Assembly (NCBI RefSeq): GCF_036321535.1
Contig: NC_087436.1
Location: 16,492,001 to 16,556,000, forward strand
Source: Camelus dromedarius
Lineage: Eukaryota
DNA: 64,000 nt
Direction: 5' to 3'
Positions 26,747 to 40,091 of this stretch are shown one piece after another. Position numbers and translations under genes: made by a program. The stretch's first letter is position 1, and each line of letters starts with the position of its first letter. Under the pieces are notes generated by a model. The model was not told where the DNA came from, did no database searches, and was given only the letters and a program-made list of their open reading frames with translations.

Positions 26747-26930
26747 AGAACTGAAGCTAAAAGATGACAGCACTTACAGTAAAGAGCTTCTCACTGGCAT
26801 CTGCAGACAACTCCCTACATTTAGTCTGCTTTCATTAAAAAAATAAAAAAGGAAGGACTTAACTTTCCTTTTCCCACTGTGTCCTCCCCGTAATAATGGT
26901 GATTCACCAATGGAGACTAATCATAGAATC

Positions 26931-27065
26931 TTTTTTTTTTTTTTTTGGATGGGGGAGGTGGGCAATTAGATTTATTTATTTTTATGGAGGTACTGGGGAT
27001 TGAACCTTAGCAAGACTTCGTGCATGCTAAGCATGTGCTCTACCACTTGAGCGACACCCAATGCC
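26931..27065 (-). mobile_element. tRNA-derived SINE
   Basis: Reverse complement reads gctcaagtggtagagcacatgcttagcatgcacgaagtc...ggttcaatccccagtacctcc plus A tail; TSD-like tcatagaatct / tcacggaatct. Confidence 0.88.
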
Positions 27066-27654
27066 CCCAGTCACGGAATCTGGAGGCCAAAGATTTGGTT
27101 TCAGGAAGTACCTCTACCATTAATATCCCATTAGGATGAAAAATTCACAGATATTTAGCTACCAAATTCTGGAAGGAGGGACAATGATCGCCCTTCCTAT
27201 AAAGGAGGTGATTTCTAAGCTGACCCTCTGACTGCCCCCACTGAGGACCCCGGTCTTAATTCCTACAGGAGAAAAGTTACAAACCTACTCCAGAGCTTTC
27301 CACCAAGGGAGAGAGGCTGGAGCCAAATTTTAGCAGAATTCAGGTGAGGAAGTCAGAGGAAATCTGTGAAGCATGAGTTTTCCTCTAACTCTGATGTAGA
27401 AGCTAAACATTTTCAAGCAAAAGTGACTAGAACTTTGAGTCAGTGTTCCCTAGGACTCAGTCATCTTGCCGTAATAAACAAAGAAAGAAATCATAGTGTT
27501 ACAGAAGAGGCAACTGAGAATCAAAATAAGGCGGTAATTTTCTAATCCAAACTTTTCTGTTTCCAGCAGAGAGGGAAAGGAAACAAACGGCACACACCAG
27601 GAATCTCACTGACACAGGAACTGCACCAGCCCCCAGAAGCAGCCTGGGAAGTGG

Positions 27655-27800
27655 GCACGGTGATGCCCATTTTACACAAAAAGGAACCAAGGCTCAAAGA
27701 GGTTAAGTCACCTGCTCAGGGTCTCACAGCCAGTGAGGGAGGAGCTGAGATCTGAACTCAGCCTGTCTGACTTGGGGTGCATCCTGTGTACTTGACCGCA
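27655..27800. mobile_element. MIR SINE
   Basis: cccattttaca...aaggctcaaagaggttaagtcacctgctcagggtctcacagccagtga. Confidence 0.8.
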
Positions 27801-30800
27801 CACTACAGTGTGATTTACAACCTATGAAAACATCCTAAGAGACCTTATTGAGATAAGTCACAGAAGTTTCTATACGTGTCTAAAACCCGAACCACCACTA
27901 ATTTTTCTATGTTGTGCTTTTATGAAGTAAGTGAATGGCAAGCATGCAAGCATATACCTAGGTTTTTTTTTTTTTTTAAAGGATCAACTTCCAAGTAATG
28001 TCTTAAGGTCAGGACAAGTTGAGACCAACCTCCTATACTTTAGGGAATACTTAATATATTCTGGAATTGATATCTTCAAACAAATCGGCTCTTTCTAAAA
28101 ACAAATTACAAGCACAAGTTGGAATCATATGGTTTTTGAATAGGACTCCATATGCGGCCAGACTGGAGATTCTAAGAGTATAAATACATATTAATAAATA
28201 TTGTGACTTTAAAGATTTTATCACAAAAGCAAAACCTGCAACATCTTCCAGAAATTCATCCTCTGCATACCAAAAAATCCATTATCAGGTTAGTCCGCTC
28301 TCTTGGCAACAGTTTAGCATATGGTAAGCACATTCAGATAATAAAGGCCCTTGGAATCAAGTCTAAGAGAACCATTCATTGGAAGAGTATGGAAAAGCTT
28401 GATCAGTTCATTCAATACTTATTCTGGAAAACACCAAACACTCAGCACTATCAGAACAAACACCATTATAAGCTCTAACGCAGTAGGGTTATTTAGGTTT
28501 GAGGGGACATCATCCCTATTTCTTTAAAAATGAATCATGTCTTTTCTTTTTTTAATGTTTCTTCTAATCTTAAAATTACTTTCCTCCTCCCTTGCCATCA
28601 CGCTCTGAACCTTCATCTTTTGTATCATAAGGACCACTCCAACTATTCTTTTAGCAGCCCCCCTGTCCACTTCTAATTTACTGCATTTAACATTCTGGAG
28701 AGATATTTCAGGTTTCAGAAACTTAAATGAAAAGTAAGAGTCACCTGGGTGAGGGTTAGAGGCTTTGATTGGAAGGAAAGAAAATAAACTTTAGTGCCCA
28801 AATCTCACACTAGTGACAAAGCTCCCTTTGTGTATTTCCTCATTTTAGGCTGTGGTCCAGCCTGGTGAATAGGTCAGATTTGAGTCCAAAATAAGTGGGG
28901 CAGTTCTATGCTACAGAAACCGTAAGGTTTGGGTTTCTATTGCTGCATCTATTTTTCACAGTGACAAGGAATCAAAATTTTCATTTTCAAACCAACGTAA
29001 ATCCTACATGAAAAGCAATGAGAAAATTTTCCCAGTGCAGCCTTCTTAGCAGATGAAGGTCCTACTTTTATAGCAGAAGAAGTCCTCTGAATAAGTTACA
29101 TGCCTGTGGCTATTCAGACACAGAAAGCATGCCATCTATTTGAATTATTTATGGCAACACTTTTAAAACGAATGTGATACTGGCTCAGGCAAATACCACA
29201 ATTAGATCTCCCTGTTTAAAAGGCACCTGTTCCTGAAACACAGCCAAAACTTGTTACACTAACATATACATAACTAATTTGCGAGTTGTTAGAACAAGTC
29301 CTTGGTTTGGGAGGACTCAAAGCAAGGTACTCAGAGGTCAGACTCATTGGTTTATCAAAAATACAAATACTCGTAGAAGAGTTTTATCTATTGACTGTGC
29401 ACCTCTACTCCCATATACGTGAAACTTTAGAATGAAGGTAGACATAGCTTTTTTGTTGTTTCATTTTTAGGTAACTTAATACATTTAGGACCAAAGACTG
29501 CAGCGGGTAATGCCCAGCACCCAGAGTTAATGTTATTTTGTCATCTTTGCCTCACATCTTTTTCTTGTATAAAAATAAAACAAAAGTTAAAATTGCTTTT
29601 GTTCCTGGTCCCAAGCCCCATTTCTCCTCCCTCCTGCCTGCCTTCCTTCTCCACCACCCCAGGAAAATACTATCAAGTATTCAGCCTGGGTCCTCGCAAG
29701 CCATGTTTTTAGACTTCATATTATAGACAACCAGGAACATTATTTAGTATGCTGTAAAAATTTTATTTAAGTTATAGCATACTAAATATATCAATTCTGC
29801 AATTTACTTTTCTTCACTCAGTACTGATTTTGCAACCTAGCCAGGTCTTACTTTTTCTTATCAATTCCTTTTATTTATTTTTTTAGGTCATCGATCCATT
29901 CTTCATGTTTTTGTTTTCAAAAGATTAATTATCACTCTGCCATTGAACATTATTACCTTTGATTGCAAAGACAAATTCTACATACACTCAGTATTTTCAA
30001 AATCTTTCAAATAAATGCCTGTTTCCTCAGAATATCCATTTTAGTTTATATATTATTACCATTATAGTGACCAAGTTCTCAGATGGAAGAAAAGATGTGT
30101 GAATCAATTCCTTCTCTGCCCACAGACTTCATCTCCAATGACGAGAAAGGAATGTGCAGCAAATGCTTGACACTTAGGTCTAGGAATTTATGTATAACTG
30201 TTAATCCAAGAACAAGGTTTCTTGATCCAAAGGAGTATAAACTCTGGAAAAAAGAATTTTTAAATTACTAAAATTTAAAATTATTCTTGATGGAGCTCTA
30301 CCTACGCTTTCAGGGAAAAAAAAATCTGCAAGATGACTTAAAAGTGCTAATTCATAGAAATAGTTCCTTTCAAAAGACAAAGCAAAGGAAGAAAAAACAA
30401 AATCGTATGTCAGATTTATTCTATACTATAACACAAGACAGGTTTTAAAGGCACAGGAAACTTCTGCTTCACAGGGAATGCATAAAAGGAACCCCTCCCT
30501 GAAGAACTGCACAAGCAGGGAAATGCTGATGAGCTGTGCACATGCAGAATTTCTTATCTTTTTCTTGCATCCAGAGACATGATATTCTTTCAAAGAAACA
30601 TCTATGTATTTTTTGCAAATCTCCAGGGGTGTCAATTAAACTGGGACTGGGACCAGTGAGTAAGGGAAGTTATCTGTAAGCATTTATCATCAAGTTATAT
30701 GCCTTGCATGGAGAGCCAGCTGTCTTAAATAACCATCCCCTCCCTGGGGCCACCAGTCTGGGCAAGAATGCTACTCATGTCAGACACTCATGTCATGAGA

Positions 30801-32056
30801 TTAGATTTGAATGGTAAAGCAAAGGAAACGTGGTCTCTTTTCTACAGCTGGGATTGATTATTCCCTTCCCAACAAGGAGGCTGTTATTCCGCCTGGAAAG
30901 AAGAGCCTCTTTGCTTCTTGGCCATTTTCCAATCCGTTGTGGCACCTGAACGACTTAAAGAATACCCTGCCTCACTACGGCTTTAAGACCTCTCAGCCTC
31001 TCTCCAGGAAGACATTTTGGTACGTTATTTCTCCATCAATAGGAACAGAAGTGACCCTCAGATTCTTGTGGTGTGACAAGGTACCTCGGGAACCTAAGCA
31101 GGTGGATGAAGCCAGGTGGATGAAGCCAGATGGAGTATCAGGATGGGGGCTTAGGGAGGTCACCATGAGCTCGGAGCTGCAGAGGAGGATGGGGAGAACG
31201 TCCAGCACCTGGAGACCGTGACTGTCCCCAGAGCACCATGTCCGAGGACACACACACAGGGAATGTTCAGCGATGAGCAGGGATGTTCAGTGGATGAGCA
31301 GCACAGAGGCAGGGGACTCCAGATTCAGCAAAGCATGAGACTCATGGGGGGGGGGAGGGGTGGGCAGCTTTTCTACTACACCGTGGTGATGGCCATGGAC
31401 AACCAGAGGGCTTAGGTAGAAAAGAGATGTGAGGAGAAGGGGAGAGGGCGGTATGACCACGCAGTAGTGAGGAGTGGAACTCTAGCAGGATCCCCAAAGT
31501 AAGTAAATGTTATTACCACCATGAACCCCACCCACCTATCCTCCACCACCAGAGCTGCTTTGTCTCTAGCAACTTAGATGACTTGGAGGGAATTCTCCCC
31601 CCTTACAGTCAGGACAAAGACACGGGAGCCCGTGCAGACCTCAGCATCAGGAGCGCTGTGGACAGGAAGCGTGTGCGCAGGGAACAGAGAAGGCGCTGAG
31701 GAGGCAAGAGGCAGAACACTTCCACCTACTAGAACCTGAAGAAATGCAAAAATGGGTTATTACGGTAACCACGATATATTCCACCCATAATGCAACAAAC
31801 TATTTAAATACATATAAATTACAACTATGTAGACTCACTCAGCAATACTTGTTAAGACTAAATAGGAAATCTTCACAAATGTGAGGCCCGGGCCGAACAG
31901 CCCACAAAGGCTGCACCAACACCTGCAGGGCTGGTGACAAGCCCTGGCCGGGGATCCAGGACGCTTCCCTCCTCACAGTCTTCCCTGCTCCTCGTCTCCA
32001 CTTCTCACGTGTTCTGCCTTAGTCCGGCTAAGTCCCAATTCCCCACCACAGACACA

Positions 32057-32264
32057 CAGCTGACCCCGAAGGACAGGGGTGTGAACTGCGCAAGTCCACT
32101 TATACTTGGACTTTTTTCAATAAAAACTACAGAACTACTTCAGACCTGCGGTTGGCTGAATCCGCGGATGCGGAGGACCAGCTATGGGACTTCAGCATCC
32201 GCGGCTTTCGGTATTCATGATGGGTCAGGGAACCAGTTCCCCCGTGGATACCGTGCGATGACAT
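32057..32264 (-). mobile_element. TcMar-Tigger MITE (MER8-like)
   Basis: cagctgaccccgaa...tgaactgcgcaagtccacttatac...gaaccagttcccccgtggatacc. Confidence 0.75.
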
Positions 32265-32689
32265 TACTCACCACCTCCCCTTTCTACGACAGGAGAAGAA
32301 CCTGCTCACAAGCCAAGAAATTAGTTCATTCTTTAATACCCATTCAGAAAAGGGCAGTTGCTGCTTCCATGCCTGAGTGGGAGGGCGTTCTTCAGTACCT
32401 CTCCTGTAGCTCTCGGAAGGCAGCCAGCACTCTCTCAGATAACTGTCTCTGGTCAGTTATCCCCAGGCTAAATAATCTCACCAACAGAGGAGCCTGGTTA
32501 ACAAAGCTTGTAATGTACTTTTTTAAAGTGGCATCTTTGCTTAGGAAAAAAAAAATCAAGATTGATTCAGAAAAATGGGGTTTTGAAATGATTATGTTCC
32601 TGATTTGATAAAGACTCAGGCCCCCCTTCTAAAGTGACAGAGCCATGTAAACAAATAAAGACAAAGTGCCTGGGGGTGTGGGATGGGTG

Positions 32690-33480
32690 GGATGCGCTCA
32701 TCCCCGGAAGCGGTGCAGAGCTTCGGTCTGGGTGTGGCGGCGCAGGCGCGGACAGAACCTTGCTCTAAAGAGAGAAACGCTCCTCTGATCATGTTCTCTA
32801 CATCCTGACTCCTGAGGAGGCCACCTTGGGAATGTTAACAGCAAGAAGCAACCGCTTCACAAAGAGATCTGACAATGGGAACAGATTCCAACACTTCCGC
32901 CCCAGGACAAACAGGATGCTGGCGGGGGCTCAGAAGGGAAGTTCCAGCACAGCACAGAGGGCCGCTGGGCAGGACGTCCTGAAACCGGCTCTGGGGCTGT
33001 GCACGTGTGTCCCCGCCGCCTGTGCAGCCTGTCCCCGCCAGTCCCCGAGGGGGAAGCACTTGAATCTGCGTGGCGGTGACCGCGGTCCTCGGGGCTCTCT
33101 TCCTGGGCCCTGCTGGAGCGCGGTGTCTGGGGACTGCTCCTGCTAACAAGTCACGTTTTGCATTGCCCGCCTTCTTTGCCTTCAGTGCAGTGGGATTTGT
33201 AATCACGGAAGATTCAGAACCCCCTCCACTTCACAACAGTTCGGCAATCCTTCCCTCTTAAGTCATCAACATCGCTGTGGGATAAGTAATTTGAATATTA
33301 CTCTCATCACTGCCGTGAGCTGTATGTGGAGTGACCCCCCCTTCCGCTCCTTTTGTTTGAATTGGCTTGGCTCCCCTCCTCTCCCAACCTCTCCCAGCAG
33401 CAGCTCTCCTATTAAAATTCATGATTGTTCCCTCAATGCAAGTGTCTGATTGCAGCTGTCGGTTTCCCAGTTCAAGGATT
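32690..33480 (-). promoter_or_regulatory. GC/CpG-rich non-repeat island; candidate internal DCLK2 promoter, first exon or enhancer
   Basis: Clear local CpG enrichment at 32690-33130; CCAAT on minus strand at 33361-33365; CCCCTCC/GC-box-like tracts at about 33335-33400. Confidence 0.5.
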
Positions 33481-34880
33481 TTCATACTGCCTGGGAGGAC
33501 AATGCAAGGCTTGCAGTGCTAAGGAAATAGGTCAACCTCAATTTCTCTATTTCAGTTCTCCTGCCAAAAGCGCAGGCTTTTCCTTCTAGAAAATACATCC
33601 TTCCGGGGAGGCTCCGCACTTAAAAGAGGTGAACGGGGCACACTCATTTCCCTTCCCAAGGGGAGCTGCTGTGGTTTCCTCATACAATGCCTCAGGAACC
33701 TTTGTTCCATCACTGGTGACACCTGGAAGAGCCGGTCTTTTTACTCTGCATGTTATTATGCTTCAGGGACATAGATACCAACCAAACAAACCGACCACAT
33801 AAGAACCAAAGATAGAGCACCCAGCACCAGAAAGATTCCTAATGTTCTAAAGGCCACGGCCATCCTGCTGAGCTGGCTGCATCCTGTGCCCCCTGGAGAA
33901 TGAAGGGCAGGAGAGCAGAAACCTGTCACGCAGTGCAGCCCAGATCCATCTCCCTAGCCCTCCCTCCTCCACCTCACTCCCACACAGGCTTATGCGCTTC
34001 TACTTTTGGCAAACGCTGTGGAAACACTTTAAAAGAGGGAAAGAAGAGAAGAGGAGAACATTCTTAAACCCTCAAAAAGCCAATATAATTCCCAAGTATA
34101 TCACTCAGTTACTGAATGGTGCTAGAAGGGACCGAGCGTTTGTCTATGTGGTGCTAAACTCCATGCCCACCCCACTTTACCGGTCTGGAAACAGAAGTTT
34201 AGAGAGGGTAAGTGAATCCTCTAAGGCACAAACGCAGTGGCAGGATTAGAAAGGAGCCAGGTCCTCTGACTCCTTGGGGGCTCTTTCTGCTTTACTCCAG
34301 TAACAGGAAAAAGGGAGAGGCCTGCCACTGAGAGATGGACAACTGAACACCTTGAATCCAGCTAATTTTTCTTGGACTGCCAGGTAAAGATGAGAAAGAA
34401 CAAAGTATCCTTAAAACAACAACAACAACAAAAAAACAAACAAAAAAACAGCAGTACTTGCTAGAGTGAGGAGACATGGATTGTAACACTTAAAATTTGT
34501 TCAATAACGTTGAGAACATTATTAGTCATTCTGGTTCTCAGTTTCTCACTCATAAAGCTAGGGGGTTAGGGGACATGATCTATAGGTTCCTTCCTGTCAC
34601 ACACATGCATGTGTCCACACACAATTCACTAAAATTCGCTCTTTGGTCCTGGCACTGCATGAGGCACAAAGGGAATTAAAAAAAAAAAAAACGATTACTA
34701 AGACAAGGAAGGTCCCTTTCATTAAAGAACACGTATATTTCCTGCCTACTATCTGTTAGGTCAAGCCAGGTCTTCAAGCATGCAGAACAGCAAACAACTT
34801 GGAGCAGATTATGTTATTGAACACCTCTTGCATACAAAGCACCATGCCTGGTACTGGAGGAACTACTACTAAAAGTAAAA

Positions 34881-36780
34881 ATGAGTGACATAACCAAAAA
34901 ATTCCTCACTTTGGGAAAGGAAACAATCACCCAAGTCCAGGAAGCAGAGAGTTCCACACAGGATCAACCCAAAGAAGAACACACCAAGGCACACAGTCAT
35001 CAAATTGACAAAAATTAAGGATAAGGAGAAAATATTAAAATCAGCAAGAGAAAAGCAACAAGTAACATCCAGGGGAATTCCCATAAGGTTATCAGCTGGT
35101 TTTTCAGCAGAAACTCTACAGGCCAGAAGGGAGTCGCACAATATATTTAAAGTGACAAGAGGGAAAACTTACAGCCAAGAATACTCTATCCAGCAAGGTT
35201 CTCATTCAGATTTGATGGAGAAATCAAAAGCTTCACAGATAAACAAAAGCTAAAAGAATTCAGCACCACCAAACCAGCTTTACAACAAATGTTAAAGAAC
35301 CTTCTCTAGTCATCAAACCATAAGAAGAGAACAAAAAGAAGAAAGAGGGGGAAAAAAAAAAAAGACCTACAAAAGACAGCTTTGGCAATTCAGGGTCTTT
35401 TATGGTTCTATAAAAATTTTGGAATTGTTCTAGTTCTGTGAAAAATGTAATAAGTATTTTGACAGGAGTTGCAGTAGATCTGTAGATTGCTTTGGGTAGT
35501 ACGGCCATTTGATAATGTTGATTCTTCCAATCCAAGAGCACAAGATATCCTTCCATTTCTTTGTATCACCTTCAATTTCCTTCATCAATGTTTTACAGTT
35601 TTCAGAGTACAGGTAACCTCCTGGTTAAGTTTATTTCTAAGCATTTTGTTGTTTTTGATACAACGGAAATGTTTATACCAGTTATAAAATTCAGGCTTTT
35701 GAAGTGGGAAAAAAAAAGTGAATGAAGGGTCACAAATGGTAAAATATAATTCTTTTTTATGGGTGAGTTGTGTTCCATTACACATATATGCTTCATCTTC
35801 TTTATCCATTCATCTATTGACGTGCACTTTGGATGCTTCCATATCTTGGCAATTATAAATAATGTTGCTGTTTATAGTGGGGTGTATGTATCTTTTTGAG
35901 TTAATGTTTTTGTTTTTCTCTGTATATGCCCAGGAGTGGAGTTGCTGGGCCATATGGTGGTTCTATTTTTAGGTTTTTGAGAAACCTCTATATTGTTTTC
36001 CATAGTGACTACACCAATTTACATTCCCATCAACAGTGTACAAGGATTCCCTTTTCTCCACATCCTTGCCAACATTTGTTATTTGTGTTCTTTTTGATGA
36101 TGGCCATTCTGACAGGTGTGAGATGCTATCTCATAGTGATTTTGACTTGCATTTCCCTGATATTAGTGATATTGAGCAACTTTTCATGTTCTTGCTGGCC
36201 ACCTACATTTCCTCTTTTGGAAAAATGTTCAGTTCTGCCCATATTTTAAATGGGTTGTTTGTTCGTTTGTTTGCTTTTTAATTGAAGTACAGTTGATTTA
36301 AAATGTTGTATTAGTTTCTGGTGTCCAGCATGGATGGACTTGGAGGGCATTATGCTAAGTGAAATAAGTCAGACAGAGAAAGACAAATACTGTAAGATAT
36401 CAATTACATGTGGAATCTAAAAAAACCACAACAAACTAGTGAATATAACAGAAAAGAAACAGATTCACAGATGTAGAGAAGGAACTAGTGGTTACCAATG
36501 GGGAGAGGGCAGGGGGAGGGGCAAGACGGAGGTGGAGGATTAAGAGGTACAAACTGTCAGGTGTAAAATAAGCTACAAGGATGTGCTGTACGACATGGGG
36601 AACAGAGCTAATATTCTATAATAACTATAGATGGAGTATAACTTTTAAAAATTGTGATTACTATATTGCATAACTATAACATATAATATTGTACATCAAC
36701 TATACCTCAATTTAAAAAATATGATATTGTAAAAGAAATACATAAATGAATTTTTTAAACAAAAAAAGTAAAAAATAAAT
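34881..36780. mobile_element. Rearranged L1: ORF1 fragment (+, about 34890-35370), ORF2 fragments (-, about 35380-35660 and 35740-36250), short L1 tail (-, about 36270-36330), 3' UTR/poly-A (+, about 36330-36780)
   Basis: ORF1-like peptide KIKDKEKILKSAREKQQVTSRGIPIRLSAGFSAETLQARRE; ORF2-like peptide on minus LPKAIYRSTATPVKILITFFTELEQ; canonical 3' UTR atggatggacttggagggcattatgctaagtgaaataag. Confidence 0.92.
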
Positions 36781-37091
36781 AAAAAGTAAAATAATTATTG
36801 AGGTATGACAGACATTACAAAAAGTTAAACATATTTAGTATATACACGTTGCTGAGTTTGGAAATAAATACACACCTGTGAAACCATCACCACAATCTCT
36901 AACTTAAACATGTAATTTGTTTTCAGAGAATGTGGCCTTCAGAGAAAATTCAGAAGTTTAGGTATCAGAAGTTCTGTGAGAGGGGAACATGCAAACCCAG
37001 CAATAATTTATGAAAAGAATTCCTAGTGAAATTATATAGTGGATGACACAAGTGTTACTTTGTTTTGACAGGTTATTTAAAATGAATTTTA

Positions 37092-37340
37092 CCAGGCGGG
37101 TGGAGGGTGGGAAGGGATAGACTGGGATTTCAAAATTGTAGAATAGATAAACAAGATTACACTGTATAGCACAGGGAAATATACACAAAATGTTATGATA
37201 ACTCACAGAGAAAAAAATGTGACAATGAGTGTGTATATGTCGATGAATGACTGAAAAATTGTGCTGAACACTGGAATTTGACACAACATTGTAAAATGAT
37301 TATAAATCAATAAAAAATGTTAAAAAATAAAAAATAAAAA
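37092..37340 (+). mobile_element. Young 5'-truncated L1
   Basis: gggatagactgggatttcaaaattgtagaatagataaacaagatt...aaatcaataaaaaatgtt plus A tail; perfect TSD taaaatgaatttta. Confidence 0.9.
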
Positions 37341-38905
37341 TAAAATGAATTTTAGAGACAAACATTGCAGGTAAAAATAATTAAATTCAGTAATGGCTAG
37401 TGTTAGGTCACAAAAATTTAGGATATTTTTGTTAAAATCTTGAAAATCAAATGATTCATTTCCTGGGGATTTTACGTCTTCAGTCATTGGGGAGAGTTTC
37501 TGTATAATTTCAATATATTCATTCTGAACAAAAATCTTAATAAGGGGAATTAGGTTATTTATTCTTCACCCTGTAATACAAATTCTAGGATTTTGCCTGA
37601 ACCTGCTAGCTTGTCATAAGATATTATTTTATTCTTTACGGCAATTGCTTTTGAAATGGTTTGATATTTCTAGCTGAAAGTAAAACAAGGTTTAAAATGC
37701 AAAACCAAAAAACAAACAAACAAAAAACCCCCCAAATGAATGACAATCTCTGTAAGCAGGAAATAAATTATTTCACTTCTCCCACATATCTCCACAATTT
37801 TGAGCCATGTTCTAGACACGTCACGAGAGGGTTCACGTGCTGATTTATCTTCCATCCAGCCAGATGAGGGAGTGGCCTGGAGGACTCGGAAGGGCTTCCT
37901 TCGAGAGGAGGTGGAATGAATAGACCAGACTAGCCAGAGTGGTTCAGTTGTGACTGTAAAAGAACTAGGGGCAAAAAGGTACAGGGCAATGGAGGTTGTG
38001 GAAGTATGACTTTTTATGTTATAGCCAATGCTTACATTTCTAGAACATTCCATGATCATTTTTATTTCTGTATCTTGTTCATGCTCTGCCTACGTCTGCA
38101 CCCCACCCCTAATCTGCACACTCTTCTGCTATTTCAAGGGTAAGTTCAACTCCTACTCTTTAGGAAGATTCACTTCAGTTAATACTGTTACCTCCTTCCT
38201 TAGGCTTGATAAGTTTCTTCCTACATCAAACATACTGAATTTCAGTTAATTTAACTCAACTAAAATTAATGTTTGACTAATTTTACAATGATCTTTATTT
38301 CATGTGGGTATGTCTTGTATCAACAAGACTGTAAATTCCTTAAGAGAGATTCAGACAAGATAGACTTCTAGTCATACATCTAGAAGTTATCACTGAGTTA
38401 ATTTAATCCAAACTGGGAGTTAAATTTAATTTAAACCTGGGATACTACCCTTAGGAATCCAAATAAGTCAGGAATACATGGTGAGGACACTGTGAATCTG
38501 GTCTCTGCAGGAGGGAGAGTGCAGTTACTGAAACTGAGCATTGCTGCTCCGATTTCTGTAACAATCACTTTTACACAAGAAAGCTCTCTTTAGATGTCTC
38601 CATTATCAAGAGTACTTGATTTTACATGGATTGACTCTAAACTTAAAGTGTGTCGAAGTCGTGACATACAGATTTTCACAAAGGAAGGGTCAGAGATCAA
38701 AGTTCTGTCCTTGGTTCTGTCTCTAAATGATGATGAAAATGTAGTCAGGTAACTTAGCCCCTTAATATTTCAGTTCTAATTTCCTTCTAGAGGAAAGGAA
38801 GATATAAGACCAAATAATCTATAAAGAACCTTTCCACTGTAATATACTATTTTTCATTTCCCCATCACAGGGAACACCCTCACCTTCCGTGACCCATGCT
38901 ACTCC

Positions 38906-39491
38906 TGGAGGAGGACTGATAAAACCGGTCACACTTAGGCTAACAGATTGCTTATTCTTCTGCTTGCCCTTAAAACGGTCAACTGACCTGACGGACCAGT
39001 TGCTACTCACAGTTCCAGGCCCATTGTTAAAACTAAAGCTCTTGATTTTACTGTTTCTACTTTATTCCAGTCATTGAAAGTAATAATCAAGCTTGGTCTC
39101 TGGGTCCTTCTCCAAGGAGAAGTTCACAGGACTGTAACCTTACAAAATAGCCTGAATTACCAAGGAGACCACACCTTGAGTGCTTATGAGATAAAGAGAT
39201 CTAACCACTGGCCTCTACAGAATCGGTCGACTGGAGGCATCAAGTCACCATTCTAAGTTTTCTGATGAGAAGATGATTCTGTTGCTTATTATCGATGCTT
39301 CACTGTTTGAGCTATGGCTAGATAACCACCCACCCCATCCCCAAGGTGGGCTCACAGTTTTGAAGGCACTAGCCTGCTGTGAGTCACCTTTGCCCAGCAA
39401 AGCAATAAAATTGCCTCTTTTCTTCTCACTCCAAGACCTTGTCTCTGGGTTATTTGGCTCATCAGGGATGGGGGCCAATCTTTTAGCAACA
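38906..39491 (+). mobile_element. ERV1-type solo LTR
   Basis: TG...CA termini with 4-bp TSD ctcc; AATAAA at about 39404; ends cttttagcaaca. Confidence 0.75.
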
Positions 39492-39622
39492 CTCCTACTG
39501 TCTGTATATTTTCTATCCATTTCCCTCTTCACACTGTTTCTAGCCTAATGCTGAAAAATTCTAGTTTCTTGTAAACTAGACTGAGGTTGACTTTTCTCCC
39601 AGTTGCAGTAGTCATTTTCCCC

Positions 39623-40091
39623 TGTGAATAAAAAATACTGTAAACTGTATCAGTAAACAAATGATGAAACCATCAAGTCATCAGCGGCTGCCGCCACCCC
39701 GCAGTGAAGACAAGCCTGCACCCCGGCCTCTGCAGCCACTCACAATGGAGCACTCTGAGGGGACTCAGAATAAGAAAGGACAGGATACTGGCCCTAGATA
39801 GCTGGGTGCTTGTCAAAGGAATGAATACAATGAGCCCAAATGTTTGTTTCCTCCCATACACAGAAAAGTGCTAAATTCTTTAACTTGAGATTTTCTTTAG
39901 TTAACAAGTAATCTTTTAATGTTCCAACTACCTGGTCTTTGTTGTAAAGCTCCTATATATCCTAGCTCCTCCCCTACCTCTTCAGAGCAGTCCCTCAGAG
40001 CCATCTGAGAGGCTGTCACCCCAGCTCGAGGCCTCCCGCCAAATAAAACATAACTCTCAACTTTTAGGCTGTGCATTTATTTCAGTTGATA
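39623..40091 (+). mobile_element. ERV1-type solo LTR
   Basis: 4-bp TSD cccc; TATA (cctatatat, about 39955); AATAAA (about 40042); ends ttcagttgata. Confidence 0.8.

Noticed and set aside
31934..32608. Longest ORF in the track (224 aa, plus strand)
   Set aside because: Non-ATG start, runs through a MER8-like transposon, antisense to DCLK2, and no recognisable domain.
33210..33312. GTGATGA...CTGA on the minus strand with a small AGTAAT/ATTACT hairpin (box C/D snoRNA-like)
   Set aside because: No terminal stem flanking the boxes and no recognisable rRNA guide; more simply part of the promoter-like island.
35005..35556. ORFs with L1 ORF1/ORF2 similarity
   Set aside because: Frameshifted fragments of a dead L1, not genes.
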